DNA of 64,000 nt from Acidobacteriota bacterium (GTDB taxonomy: Bacteria; Acidobacteriota; UBA4820; DSQY01), in the NCBI GenBank assembly GCA_049967655.1, contig JBMFSH010000013.1, positions 9,661-73,660 of the forward strand, written 5' to 3'. Under the pieces are notes generated by a model. The model had not been told where the DNA came from. It did no database searches and was given only the letters and a program-made list of their open reading frames with translations. Position 1 is the first letter of the stretch. Every line of letters begins with the position of its first letter. Shown here in pieces: positions 20,826 to 30,881 of the stretch. Position numbers and translations under genes: made by a program.

Positions 20826-21752
20826 CTAATAAAGCAGGAAGGGCTTGGGGTTGATGGGCCGGTCGTTCCTGCGGATCTCGTAGTGGAGGTGGGGGCCGGT
20901 GCTGTGGCCCGTGGAGCCCACCAGCCCGATCTTCTGCCAGCGCTTTACCGTTTGGCCGGGCTTCACGAGGATCTTTGAAAGATGTCCATAAACCGACACC
21001 AACCCGTTCCCGTGGCTGATTTCGATGCAGTTCCCGTAACCGTTTTGCCAGCCCGCCGAGATCACGAGACCCTCGGCCGGCGCCTCGACGGGACTGCCGT
21101 AAGGAGCGGCTATGTCGATGCCCGGGTGCAGTTCCGGCTCCCCGTCGAGTGGGTCCTGGCGCTCGCCGAACCCGGAGGAGATGAATCCCTTGACGGGCCA
21201 GATGGACGGTGTATGAGCCATTTGGTTTAGATGGGGCCTCAGCACTCGGCCCACGTCCTGGGTCTCGTGGTAGACGAGGTTGGCCTGGCTGTTCAAGTCG
21301 CGGATGCCGCTCTCGATGGCCTCGATGCGGGGATCAGCCAGTGGCGCCCTAGGGGAGGGCTGGGGCGCTGATGTATCGGATTCGGGTCCGCCCATGCCCG
21401 GCGTGGGCTTGATCTTGAGGTTCTGCTCGCGAGCCAGCGCCTCCATGCTCGCCAGCTGCTGTTCGCTCTTGCTGAGCCGGTTGCGGGCTTCATCCAGGCG
21501 TTTACCGAGCTCCACGAACTGCTTCTTGAGCTGCTTTTCCTGATGCCTGAGCTCGATGTTGCGGGCCACCAAGTGACCGTGCGAGGCGGCCAGAACGAAG
21601 AAGGCTAAGGTCCCGAGGGTCAGGCCGCCCACAATGGTTCCGGCCAGGAGGAGCCCCCGCCGGATCTGCAACCACTCAACGACGCGGTTGTGGTACTGCT
21701 TGCCGTCCTCCCGCAAAACTACCACATGAAAGCGCCGCTTCCTCTTCATCAT
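20826..21752 (-). CDS. M23 family peptidoglycan endopeptidase
   Basis: TM segment plus coiled coil; HPGID, YGHL and TGPHLHYE motifs. Confidence 0.92.
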   Translation of the reverse strand: MMKRKRRFHVVVLREDGKQYHNRVVEWLQIRRGLLLAGTIVGGLTLGTLAFFVLAASHGHLVARNIELRHQEKQLKKQFVELGKRLDEARNRLSKSEQQLASMEALAREQNLKIKPTPGMGGPESDTSAPQPSPRAPLADPRIEAIESGIRDLNSQANLVYHETQDVGRVLRPHLNQMAHTPSIWPVKGFISSGFGERQDPLDGEPELHPGIDIAAPYGSPVEAPAEGLVISAGWQNGYGNCIEISHGNGLVSVYGHLSKILVKPGQTVKRWQKIGLVGSTGHSTGPHLHYEIRRNDRPINPKPFLLY

Positions 21753-21888
21753 TCCGTGATCCTTTTGCCAGGTCCCCCCGGGGATCGGGAAGCTCTATAC
21801 ACCGGGTAACCCTATCATCATCTTTTCAGGCCTGTCAAGTTCGCGAAGAGCCATTGACGGCAAGGGATTGGGAGCCTACAGTTGGGAT

Positions 21889-22254
21889 GGAGGGGACCGG
21901 GCAGCCGCTGCGACGAACGGCGCAGAGGAAAGTCCGGACTCCACAGGGCCGCAAGCCTGCTAACGGCAGGGAGGGGTAACCCTACGGAAAGTGCCACAGA
22001 AAACAAACCGCCCGACCGGCTTCGGCCCAGAGGGTAAGGGTGAAACGGCGGGGTAAGAGCCCACCGCTCTTCCGGTAACGGAAGAGGCACGGTAAACCCC
22101 TTGCGGAGCAAGGCCAAATAGGGAGGTGTTCGAGGCTGGCCCGGCCGAGACCTCCGGGTAGGCTGCTGGAGGCCGCCGGCGACGGCGGTCCCAGAGGAAT
22201 GGCTGCCACCCTCGGGCGACCGGGGGGACAGAATCCGGCTTACAGGTCCCCTCC
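21889..22254 (+). ncRNA. rnpB: RNase P RNA (type A)
   Basis: GAGGAAAGTCCGGACTCC, AGTGCCACAGAAA, GGTAAACCCC and ACAGAATCCGGCTTAC motifs; P1 ends GGAGGGGACC/GGTCCCCTCC. Promoter TTGACG-17-TACAGT at 21854-21882. Confidence 0.96.
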
Positions 22255-22435
22255 AGGAAGATGGAAACAGGGAGACGGGGAGACAGGGAAAGGGGGAGAA
22301 GCGCGGCTGGATCCACGCGGTTGGCCGACGCGGACCCCGGCGGTTCCCGGTTTCTCGGTCTCCCTGATTTCCTTTTCCCCGCCGTGGGTGGCCCAGTGCA
22401 CCGCTCCTGGTTCGCGACCGTGCTATCCTCGACCC

Positions 22436-23305
22436 ATGAAGAAGGAACCGGGTGAAGGGCTCTCTCAGCTCGTCCGCGTGGTGGCCCCAGCGGGACCCGT
22501 GAACGAGGCGGATCTGGAAGCGGGCATGGGAGTGCTGCGCGGCATGGGACTCCGCGTCGAGGAATCGCCGCACGTCCGCCTTCGCGTGGGTTACCTGGCC
22601 GGATCCGACAAGCTTCGCGCGGGGGACCTCCAGGCGGCGCTGGACGACCCCGCCGTGGAGGTGGTCTGGTTCGCCCGGGGCGGCTACGGGACGAGCCGGA
22701 TTCTCGATGGCCTGAATCCCGGCGGCCTGCGGCGACATCCCAAGACCATCGCGGGATTCTCCGATGCCACCGTCCTGCACGCCTGGGCCCAGCGCGTGCC
22801 AGGCGTTCGCCTGCTCTATGCGCCCGGGGTGCAGGAGCTGGGCCGGCCGGGCGTGTGCGACATGGGCTCCCTCGCCGCGGCGCTCGCAGGGAGTCCCGTG
22901 GACGTACCGGCCCAAGGTCCGCCCGCGCCAGCCGGAGCCTACCCGGTGGTGGGCGGCTGCCTGAGCCTGCTGTCGGTCCTGGTGGGCACCCCCTGGGAGC
23001 CGGCTCTCGCGGAGCGCTGGCTGTTCCTTGAGGATGTGGGCGAGAGCATGTACCGCCTGGACCGCATGATGACGCATCTGGCGCAGGCCGGCTGGTTCGA
23101 TCGGGTAGCCGGAATCCTGCTGGGGGGCTTCACGGGCATGGCCGAGGGCGAGCACCCCGGGCTGGTCACCGAGAGGGCGCGGGAGCTCCTCGGCCCCTCC
23201 AAGCCGTTGCTCGACGCGCTTCCCGTGGGCCATCTCAAGGGGAAGTTCACCCTGCCCCTCGAACGCCCCGCACGGTGGGATGGGACCGCTCTTCGGGTGA
23301 GTTAG
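22436..23305 (+). CDS. LD-carboxypeptidase (S66 family)
   Basis: ARGGYG, GFSD (Ser), FLEDVGE (Glu) and PVGH (His) catalytic motifs. Confidence 0.9.
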   Translation: MKKEPGEGLSQLVRVVAPAGPVNEADLEAGMGVLRGMGLRVEESPHVRLRVGYLAGSDKLRAGDLQAALDDPAVEVVWFARGGYGTSRILDGLNPGGLRRHPKTIAGFSDATVLHAWAQRVPGVRLLYAPGVQELGRPGVCDMGSLAAALAGSPVDVPAQGPPAPAGAYPVVGGCLSLLSVLVGTPWEPALAERWLFLEDVGESMYRLDRMMTHLAQAGWFDRVAGILLGGFTGMAEGEHPGLVTERARELLGPSKPLLDALPVGHLKGKFTLPLERPARWDGTALRVS

Positions 23306-23387
23306 TGCCCATCCGGAGAAGCCGTTTCCGCGTGGAGAGTGGAGTGTGGAAGATGCGGGGAGGAAAGTCCACGCAGAGTCCTTTGGT

Positions 23388-24545
23388 TCAATGGGTGCAG
23401 GTGCCGAAGGTGAAGGAGTAGATGCGGGCGCCGGCGGGGGGTTCCAGCTCCAGCAGGTGGCGGCCGAAGACGTTCCCTCCCACGAGGCGATAAAGGCGGG
23501 TGCGGCCCAGCCGCACGAAGGTCACGCCCTTCTGTTCCCGCACGTCCTCACCGCGAAGGGCTGGCGGCACGGGTTTCCCGTCGAGGAGTACCTCCATCCG
23601 GGCCTCCGTACGGTCCTTGCCGGCGTCGGCCACCACGTAGCATCCCGCCGCGTGATACTGCAGGAGGAGCTTGGAGGAGGGCCCGCCAGCCTGGCAATAC
23701 TGTCCCCGCGGCTCCCACAGCCCGTCGAGGGCTGGAAGCCCATCCTCGATTCGGTCGGGGGGCGGAGCGGAAAAGGGGCGGTCGGAGGTGGAGAACCCCG
23801 TGGGCGATAGCACCGAGGAGGGAGCACCGCCCGCCCCCCCCGGCGACTCTTGGGGCACGGGGTGCGCCTGCGCGACGGGGCCGCTGAGGATCCTGGCGTA
23901 CCCCCCCCGGTTGGAGAGGTGGCCGCGATTCGAGCCCACGTAAATCTCCGGCGTGGTGAGATAGCAGACGGCTCCGGGCCGGTCGGTCGCGCGGACCGGG
24001 GCCATGATGGGCAGATCGGGGCAGGTGCCGCCCTCCCGCAGGAGCTCTTGGATCTCCTTTTCGGTCCGCCCGTAGCCCCCCTCCCCCACGTGATCGAAGC
24101 GGATGACGCCCTTCCGGTCGATGAGGTAGTCGCGGGGCCAATAGAGGTTGCCGTAAGCGTTCCAGGTCTTGTACCTGTCGTCGAGCAGGACGGGGTAGGT
24201 GATCCCGAAGCGCTTCACTGCGGCTTCCACGTTGGAGGGGATGGAGGAGGCCCGGAACTCCGGGGTGTGAACTCCTACAATGACCAGCCCGTAAGGAGCG
24301 TAGCGTTTGTACCACTCCTTCAGGTAGGGGAGGGTGCGGATGCAGTTGATGCAGGTGTACTCCCAGAAGTCCACCAGGACAACTTTCCCGCGAAGCCCGC
24401 GAAGGGTCAGCGGGGGGCTGTTGAGCCACTGGGCCTTGGGGAACTCGGGTGCAGACTTGCCCACCTCCGCGGGCCGTCCGCTCCAGAAAAGCAGGCCCAC
24501 CAGCAATGCGGCGGCAACGAGGACGAAGACCCTGAACCCCTTCAC
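23388..24545 (-). CDS. Membrane-anchored redoxin (DipZ-like thioredoxin plus C-terminal domain)
   Basis: GTG start, N-terminal anchor, DFWEYTCINC, GVHTPEF and C-terminal YSFTFG. Confidence 0.88.
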   Translation of the reverse strand: MKGFRVFVLVAAALLVGLLFWSGRPAEVGKSAPEFPKAQWLNSPPLTLRGLRGKVVLVDFWEYTCINCIRTLPYLKEWYKRYAPYGLVIVGVHTPEFRASSIPSNVEAAVKRFGITYPVLLDDRYKTWNAYGNLYWPRDYLIDRKGVIRFDHVGEGGYGRTEKEIQELLREGGTCPDLPIMAPVRATDRPGAVCYLTTPEIYVGSNRGHLSNRGGYARILSGPVAQAHPVPQESPGGAGGAPSSVLSPTGFSTSDRPFSAPPPDRIEDGLPALDGLWEPRGQYCQAGGPSSKLLLQYHAAGCYVVADAGKDRTEARMEVLLDGKPVPPALRGEDVREQKGVTFVRLGRTRLYRLVGGNVFGRHLLELEPPAGARIYSFTFGTCTH

Positions 24546-24627
24546 GGCGGCCTCCTGCCCAGACCGGGCGGTAGGAGTTCCAACACTCGGGAGGGGAATT
24601 TGTTCCAGCCGCGAGCCACGGGTTAGA

Positions 24628-24889
24628 CCCCAATCCCGCGATGGAGGAGGGGAATAGCCGTGGAAGGCGCGACAGATCACGTACAGTGGGAAAGGGTGTC
24701 ACACCCACTGAGGGATTGGGGGGCCATCGAGCCGAAGGCGAAGAGGGCGCCAGGGGAGAGGTGGGGCCCCATCGGGCTTTGCCCGTGGGGCGGGAAGGGA
24801 ATGGCCCTCCCCGTCCAGGAGACAACGTCTTTCCCCCGTATACCCGAGCGGTAGCCGAAGGCACCCGCGTTTCCATCGCGGAATTTGGG
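24628..24889 (+). mobile_element. MITE-like element, copy 1 (~262 bp)
   Basis: Imperfect TIRs CCCCAATCCCGCGATGGA / TCCATCGCGGAATTTGGG; flanks TTAGA/CTAGA; homologous to 34801-35065 and 63891-64000. Confidence 0.85.
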
Positions 24890-26125
24890 CTAGACCCCGG
24901 GCAGGAGGTCGGTGAGCCACTGGGAGGCGCGGGCGACGGCTCCTTTGTGTTGCTCCGCCGCTTGGAGAGCTTTCTGGCCGCAGGCCTGGGCCAGGGGCGG
25001 GTCGGAGAGCAGCGCCGAAACCCTCCAGGCCAGCTCCCTGACGTCCGCCGTCCGGAAGGCGCCGCCGGAGGCCAGCAGCCGCTCCGCCTCCTCCCGGAAG
25101 TTCTCCGTATGGGGCCCGAAGAGCACCGGGCGGCCCACGAAGGCGGGTTCCAGCACGTTCTGGCCACCCAGGGGCACCAGGCTACCGCCCACGAAGGCGA
25201 GGATCCCCACGGCATAGGCCGGCCAGAGCTCTCCGACCGTATCCAGGACCAGGACGTCCCATCCCGGAGCGGGTGCGGTCGTGCGGCGCGCCGCGTCCAG
25301 CCCGAAGGCGGCGGAGGCTTCGAGACACTCGGCCACCCGATCCAAGTGCCGGGGGGCGAGGATGAGCCGGGCCTGAGGGCAGGTCTCACGCACGGCGGCG
25401 TGGGCCTCCAGGACGAGCCGTTCCTCGCCTTCGCGCACCGATCCGGCCACCCAGCAAGGCCCAGGCCCGGCGAGGGCGGCCAGCTCGGTCCGGACCTGCT
25501 CGAAGGCGGGCGGCAGGGTCAGGTCGTACTTCAGGTTTCCGTACACCCTGACGCGGTCTGGATGGGCGCCCAGCGTGCGGAACCGCGCCGCGTGCTCCTC
25601 GCTCTGGGCCGCCACGTGGACGTCCCTCAGCGCGCCGCTGTAGAGGGCCCTCAAGCGCACGGTCCGGCGCAGCGCTCGGTCCGAAAGGCGGCCGTTGACG
25701 ATGAAGACGGGGATGCCGGAGCGTATGGCCTCCCGGAACAGTTCGGGCCATATCTCGGTCTCCACGAGGACGAGAGCGCGGGGTCTGAGGCGGCGGAGGG
25801 CCCTGTGCACGCAGGAGTGGAGATCGAGGGGAAAGGCCTGCGGGTCCATCTCCGGCGGGCCTTCGCGACGAGCCAGCGCGATCCCGGCTGCGGTGGTGGC
25901 CGTGAGGGCCGAGGGCAGGCCTCGCTCCTTCAGCGCCTGGGCAAAGCGAAGCGCGATTCGGACCTCCCCGACCGAGACGGCTTGAATCCACACGGGGCCG
26001 TCCTCTCGATGTCGAAGGAAGCCTAGCCGCTCGGGCAGGCGTAGAGCCCCCCGCTGGCGCAGGGCGAGGTAGGCGAGCCACAGGGGCGCCGCGAGCAGGG
26101 AGAGTAGTCTATACAGCCAGCGCAA
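24890..26125 (-). CDS. waaA: Kdo transferase
   Basis: WIQAVSVGE, ETEIWPE, NGRLS, GNLKYD, APRH and GGSL...GGQNVLEP motifs; TTG start. Confidence 0.93.
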   Translation of the reverse strand: MRWLYRLLSLLAAPLWLAYLALRQRGALRLPERLGFLRHREDGPVWIQAVSVGEVRIALRFAQALKERGLPSALTATTAAGIALARREGPPEMDPQAFPLDLHSCVHRALRRLRPRALVLVETEIWPELFREAIRSGIPVFIVNGRLSDRALRRTVRLRALYSGALRDVHVAAQSEEHAARFRTLGAHPDRVRVYGNLKYDLTLPPAFEQVRTELAALAGPGPCWVAGSVREGEERLVLEAHAAVRETCPQARLILAPRHLDRVAECLEASAAFGLDAARRTTAPAPGWDVLVLDTVGELWPAYAVGILAFVGGSLVPLGGQNVLEPAFVGRPVLFGPHTENFREEAERLLASGGAFRTADVRELAWRVSALLSDPPLAQACGQKALQAAEQHKGAVARASQWLTDLLPGV

Positions 26126-26924
26126 CCGATTTCCCTTTCGGGTCGAAGGATGCGGCCATCTCCTCGCCCAGCGCGTTGAGCGCCCAGACCACGAGGAAGA
26201 TGGCCGCCCCGGGGATGAGCGCGAGGTGGGGCGCCTCCAGCAGATAGTCGCAGCCCGTGGAGAGCATCTCGCCCCACGAAGGCATGGGCGGCTGGATGCC
26301 CAGGCCGAGGAAGGAGAGGCCGGCCTCCGCCAGCAGGACGCTGGCGGCCCCCGCGGCGGCCTGGACCGCGAGGAGACCAGCGCAGTTGGGCAGGAGGTGG
26401 CGGAAGAGCACGCGGGGGAGCCCCGCTCCCGAAGCCAGGCTTGCCTGGGTGTACTCCCTCTGCCGCAGGGAGAGCGCCATGGAGCGGGCCAGGCGGGCGT
26501 AGCCGACCCAGGCCGTGCAGGAGAGGGCCAGGATGAGCGGCACCACTCCGCGTCCCACGTAAGCCAGGATGGTAATCGCCAGCAGGATGCCCGGCAGGGC
26601 CAGGAGCACGTCGGTGAGAAAGACGGTCCCCCTCTCGCACCAGCCTCCCAGATAGCCCGAGGCCAGGCCCACGAGGGAACCCAGGCAGAGCGCCAGGAAG
26701 AGGCTCGCACTCACCACGCCCAGAGAAACGCGCCCGCCGTAGCAGAGGCGGGCCAGGACATCCCTCCCCAGGTCGTCGGTGCCCAGTGGGTGTTGCAGGG
26801 AAGGGCCCTGAAGACGGGCGGAAAGATTGAGGCTGGCGTAGGAGCGCGAGATGAACAGGGGCGCGGCGAGGGAGCTCAGGAGCCAGAGCCCCAGGATGAA
26901 GAGCACGAGCATCCTCCTAGGCAT
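26109..26924 (-). CDS. Peptide/nickel ABC permease (DppC/OppC-like)
   Basis: HPLGTDDLGRD, RHLLPN and LSFLGLG...PSWG motifs. Confidence 0.92.
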   Translation of the reverse strand: MPRRMLVLFILGLWLLSSLAAPLFISRSYASLNLSARLQGPSLQHPLGTDDLGRDVLARLCYGGRVSLGVVSASLFLALCLGSLVGLASGYLGGWCERGTVFLTDVLLALPGILLAITILAYVGRGVVPLILALSCTAWVGYARLARSMALSLRQREYTQASLASGAGLPRVLFRHLLPNCAGLLAVQAAAGAASVLLAEAGLSFLGLGIQPPMPSWGEMLSTGCDYLLEAPHLALIPGAAIFLVVWALNALGEEMAASFDPKGKSVALAV

Positions 26925-27837
26925 AACGCACCCTCGGATCGATCCGGGCGTAGAGGAGATCCGTCCCGAGGTTGACGGTCAGCACCGTCGCGGCGAACAG
27001 GAGCACCGCTCCCTGGACCACCGGGTAATCCCGCCCCGTGATGGCGGTCAGGACCAGCGTTCCGAGGCCGGGCCACCGGAAAATTTTCTCCGTGATGATG
27101 GCCCCGGTCAAGACGGCGCCGAACTGGAGGCCCGCCACCGTGACCACGGGGAGAAGGGCGTTGCGCAAGGCGTGGCGGCGGAAGGCGGTCCCTTCCCCAA
27201 GGCCCCTCGCAAGGGCCGCCCGAATGTACTCCCGATGGGATTCCTCGCCCACGGAGGTCCGCACGATCCTGACCAGGAGGGCGGCGAGAGGGAGGCCCAG
27301 GGCCAGCGAGGGCAGCACGATGCTGCCGGGATCGTCCGCGCCCGAGACCGGCAGCCAGGGGTATTTGACGGCGAAGGCGAGGATGAGCAGGGGGCCCAGC
27401 AAGAAGGAGGGCAGCGAGAAACCGACGCTCGACAAGAGCCGGGCCACGGCGTCCCACCCGCCGCCCGGTCTGCGGGCCGCCGCCGTCCCCAGGGGCACGG
27501 CGATGAGACAGGCCAAGAGCATGGCGCAGCACCCCAGCTCGAGGGTTCTGGGAAATGCGCCGGCGAGTTCGGCCGAGACGGGGCGTCCGGTACGCAGGGA
27601 GCGGCCGAGACGGCCGGTGGCCAGCCCCGCGAGGTAATGGCCGTACTGGACGGCCAGGGGCCGGTCCAGTCCGAGGGCGTGGCGCATCTCGACCCTGCGC
27701 GTCGGCGCGGCGTTCTCTCCCAGCATGATCTCCACCGGATCTCCGGGCATGGCGCGATTCAGGAAGAAGACGAGGGTCAGGAGGCCCCAGAGCGTCGGAA
27801 AGAAGAGGAGGATGCGCGCCAGAGCGTAACGGCTCAC
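26917..27837 (-). CDS. Peptide/nickel ABC permease (DppB/OppB-like)
   Basis: GTG start; PGDP, GLDRP, RHALRNALLP and RDYPVVQ motifs. Confidence 0.92.
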   Translation of the reverse strand: MSRYALARILLFFPTLWGLLTLVFFLNRAMPGDPVEIMLGENAAPTRRVEMRHALGLDRPLAVQYGHYLAGLATGRLGRSLRTGRPVSAELAGAFPRTLELGCCAMLLACLIAVPLGTAAARRPGGGWDAVARLLSSVGFSLPSFLLGPLLILAFAVKYPWLPVSGADDPGSIVLPSLALGLPLAALLVRIVRTSVGEESHREYIRAALARGLGEGTAFRRHALRNALLPVVTVAGLQFGAVLTGAIITEKIFRWPGLGTLVLTAITGRDYPVVQGAVLLFAATVLTVNLGTDLLYARIDPRVRYA

Positions 27838-27886
27838 GCGGAGGCCCTCCCGCCTCTGCCCGAGAAACGGCCGGGGCCTCCGCCTC

Positions 27887-28294
27887 TCAGCATGCCTCCG
27901 GCTCGCGAGGCGGCGCCAGGAGGCTCGCCGGATTGATGTAGATGAGGAGGTTGTTGTCCTGTTCGTCCAGGACGGTGAGGTAGAACCCCCTGGCCACGTC
28001 GGCTCGGGGCCGAAGCTCCCCGAAGATGGTCTCGCCGTCGTGAAACGGCACACCCACGAGATTCCTGCCGGTGCCGGTCTCCCACTTGCGGGGAGAGGAG
28101 GGCCGGTCGTAGGCCGGGTTGCCCGTGAAGCTCCTCACAAAGAAGACCGCCTTCAGGCGTTCCAGCGGGACCATCCCGGGCCTCCCCTGCAGATCCACCG
28201 TGGGGACCGGATCGCACCCCTCCTCGAAGAGGGGGGCGTAGGCCCGCTCAATCCGGCCATCCAGGTAGTGGAGAATGATCTTCTTGAGCTCCAA
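27887..28294 (-). CDS. Hypothetical protein (DUF6982-like)
   Basis: YLDGR...LKAVFFVRSF and F.DGE.I.G repeats; TTG start with SD. Confidence 0.7.
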   Translation of the reverse strand: MELKKIILHYLDGRIERAYAPLFEEGCDPVPTVDLQGRPGMVPLERLKAVFFVRSFTGNPAYDRPSSPRKWETGTGRNLVGVPFHDGETIFGELRPRADVARGFYLTVLDEQDNNLLIYINPASLLAPPREPEAC

Positions 28295-28519
28295 GGCTCC
28301 CTCCTGCGGGCACTATACGGTGAGTCGCCGAGAGGTACAACCGGGATGATAGATGATAGGTGATGGATGATAGACGAGGGACGGTAGACGGCGGCCGCCT
28401 GTCGGATCCATCCCCCATCTTTCGCTTCGCTCCGGAGGGCGGACTGTTCCAGGAAATATGGGGACGGCTTCGGTCGGCCGTGGAGAGAAGCCTGCCCGGA
28501 ATCGCGCTATCCTAACCGC

Positions 28520-29941
28520 ATGACCGAGGAGCGTCCAGCGGGGGCGCCGTGCTTCCGCCACCCAACCAGGACGGCCCGCCGCAGATGCTACGAGTGCAGG
28601 AGACCCATCTGCCCGAGCTGCCAGATCCGGACCGCCGGCCACATCTTCTGTTCGCGCCGGTGCGCCCGGCTGACCGGTAGGAAGGAGCGGCTGGACCGTC
28701 TGAAGGCGTGGAACCGGACGGCGCTGGGCGGAGTCTGGTTCCGGATCGTCCTGTTCGGCTGCCTGCTGGCGGGCGGCGGTCTGGCGGTGTGGCTCTCCAT
28801 GAACGCGGACCGCTTCATGCCCGCGCCGGAGGTGGTGCTTCCCAAATTCGGGACGGCGCACGAGCGTGAGTTCGACCAAGAGCAAGTGGACTGGGAGTCG
28901 CCCGGGTCCATCGTCATCGACGAGCCGGCCAACGGCGCCCTGGTGACGACGAATACCATCGAGGTCCGGGGGCACGCGCCACCCGAATCTATGGTGGGCC
29001 TCTACATGAACGGCCAGCGGGTGAGCGTTCAGCTCTGCAAGCGGGGTCAGTGGAGCTTCCAGGGGGTGCCGCTCACTCAGGCCCGAAACATCCTCCAAGC
29101 CAGGTATTTCGACAACCGGGGCAACTCCTCTTACGGCCCCGCCGTGCAGGTCGATCTGCGGGCGGCGCCCGCCAGGCTGGAGGCGCCCGCCGAGGCCGTC
29201 AACGAAGCGCTGGGCGGCAGCTACAACCTGATCCGGGCCCCCGAGGGCAACCACGAGGTGCTCCTGACCTTCGACGGCGGCTCCAACGACAGCGCCACCG
29301 AGGCCATCCTGGACGATCTCCAGAAGGAGCACGTCCGCGCCACCTTCTTCCTCACCGGCATGTACATGCGGCACTATCCCGATCTGGTCCGGCGGATCGC
29401 GGACGCGGGGTACGTGGTGGGCAACCACACCTTCAGCCATCCCCACCTGACGACCTACTCCTTCGATCACCGGCAGGCCACGCTCCCGGGAGTGACGGAG
29501 GCCTTCTTGCGCGACCAGCTCCTGAAGGCCGCAGATCTCTACAAGATCATCACGGGGAAGACCATGGCACCTTACTGGCGGGCTCCCTTCGGCGAATTCA
29601 ACTCGGAGATCTTGGGCTGGGCCCACGACGCTGGATTCAGCGCGGTCTACTGGACCCCGCACCTGGATACCCTGGACTGGGTCGCCTCGCCGGCCGACCC
29701 GCTCTTTCACACCCCGCAGCAGATCCTCGCCGGGCTTCTCAAGAGGGCCGCAACGGCCCCCGGCGGGGTGGACGGAGGCATCGTGCTCATGCACCTGGGC
29801 ACCGAGCGAAAGGGCGACATGCGGGCGGACGTGATCCTGCCCACCCTGATCGAGTCCCTCAAGAGGCAGAACTACCGCTTCGTCACGGTGGATCAGGTCT
29901 CCTGGGGCGGTTCCGAGGGTTCGAAGCCCAGCCCGCAGTGA
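28520..29941 (+). CDS. Membrane-anchored CE4 polysaccharide deacetylase with N-terminal B-box-like zinc finger and Ig-like domain
   Basis: CFRHP...CYEC...ICPSC...FCSRRC, then TM segment and Ig-like region; LTFDGG, NHTFSH, WRAPFGE and IVLMH motifs. Confidence 0.85.
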   Translation: MTEERPAGAPCFRHPTRTARRRCYECRRPICPSCQIRTAGHIFCSRRCARLTGRKERLDRLKAWNRTALGGVWFRIVLFGCLLAGGGLAVWLSMNADRFMPAPEVVLPKFGTAHEREFDQEQVDWESPGSIVIDEPANGALVTTNTIEVRGHAPPESMVGLYMNGQRVSVQLCKRGQWSFQGVPLTQARNILQARYFDNRGNSSYGPAVQVDLRAAPARLEAPAEAVNEALGGSYNLIRAPEGNHEVLLTFDGGSNDSATEAILDDLQKEHVRATFFLTGMYMRHYPDLVRRIADAGYVVGNHTFSHPHLTTYSFDHRQATLPGVTEAFLRDQLLKAADLYKIITGKTMAPYWRAPFGEFNSEILGWAHDAGFSAVYWTPHLDTLDWVASPADPLFHTPQQILAGLLKRAATAPGGVDGGIVLMHLGTERKGDMRADVILPTLIESLKRQNYRFVTVDQVSWGGSEGSKPSPQ

Positions 29942-29953
29942 AGGCCCGTTATT

Positions 29954-30808
29954 TCAGCGCTTGCCGCTTCGGCGCTTCTTGGGCTTCTTGAGGGGCTGGC
30001 CGGGCGCGGCCTGCACGTCGGCCTCGCCCTCCTCTTCTCCGTCCTCCAGGAGCCGGCCCATCCGCCCCAGCACGATGGGGTAGGCGCCGTCCACCTTTTT
30101 GCCGATGTGGATGATCTTGCGCCGCTGGGCCTCGGCGAGAAAGGCTTTGAACTGGCTGAAGCCGAAGCTCTTTTCGTCGAAGGTGGGGCTGAGCTGGAGC
30201 ATCTTCTGCTTGAGGTTGGAGGAGTCCACCGAACGATCCTCGTCCTCGAGCAGGGCGATGGCGCGCTTGAGGATGGCGAAGGCCTTGGGAAGGTCCTTCG
30301 GGTCGGTTTCCTTGGTCTCGCCCACCATGCCCTCCGTGGCCTGAAGAGGATCCACGATGTTCTCGTAGGCGAGGTACTCGTTGCAGTTCTTCATGACCAC
30401 CGAGGAGGTGGTCTGCCGCATCCCGATGATGACCACCTTCTTGTTGTAGGCCTGGAGGCGGGAGATGAGGGGCAGGAAGTCGCTGTCCCCGCTGACCACG
30501 GCGAAGACGTCGATGTGGTGGTTCGTCAGGCAGGCCTCCAGCGCATCCACGGCGAGCTGGATGTCGGCGCCGTTCTTGTCGCCTCCGGCGAAGATGGTGG
30601 GCCGCTCCACCAGGTCCACGCCGTTTTCGGCCAGGGTTTTGCGGAACTGGGGGAACTTGGCCCAGTCTCCGTAAGCCTTCTTCAGGATGATGATGCCCCG
30701 CTCCCTGAGCGCGTTCAGGACGCGCGTGATGTCCAGCTGCCCGTTGTCGAAGTCGATGAACAGGGCGATGCGGGGGGTCTGGTCCGTGGGGGTAATTTGC
30801 ACGTTCAC
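29954..30808 (-). CDS. NYN (LabA/DUF88) domain protein with OST-HTH
   Basis: FIDFDN, KNGADI.LAVD and SGDSDF motifs; C-terminal FDEKSFGFSQF. Confidence 0.9.
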   Translation of the reverse strand: MNVQITPTDQTPRIALFIDFDNGQLDITRVLNALRERGIIILKKAYGDWAKFPQFRKTLAENGVDLVERPTIFAGGDKNGADIQLAVDALEACLTNHHIDVFAVVSGDSDFLPLISRLQAYNKKVVIIGMRQTTSSVVMKNCNEYLAYENIVDPLQATEGMVGETKETDPKDLPKAFAILKRAIALLEDEDRSVDSSNLKQKMLQLSPTFDEKSFGFSQFKAFLAEAQRRKIIHIGKKVDGAYPIVLGRMGRLLEDGEEEGEADVQAAPGQPLKKPKKRRSGKR

Positions 30809-30862
30809 CCTCCTTCTTCCCTAAGCATACATTCCGATCATCAGAAAATTCAAGGGTTACAG

Positions 30863-30881
30863 CCCCAAATTCCGCGATGGA
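30863..30881. repeat. Solo MITE terminal repeat
   Basis: CCCCAAATTCCGCGATGGA matches the MITE right-end TIR, but the interior sequence differs. Confidence 0.6.

Noticed and set aside
21818..23233. Long minus-strand ORFs over rnpB and the LD-carboxypeptidase
   Set aside because: Shadow ORFs antisense to RNase P RNA and a real gene.
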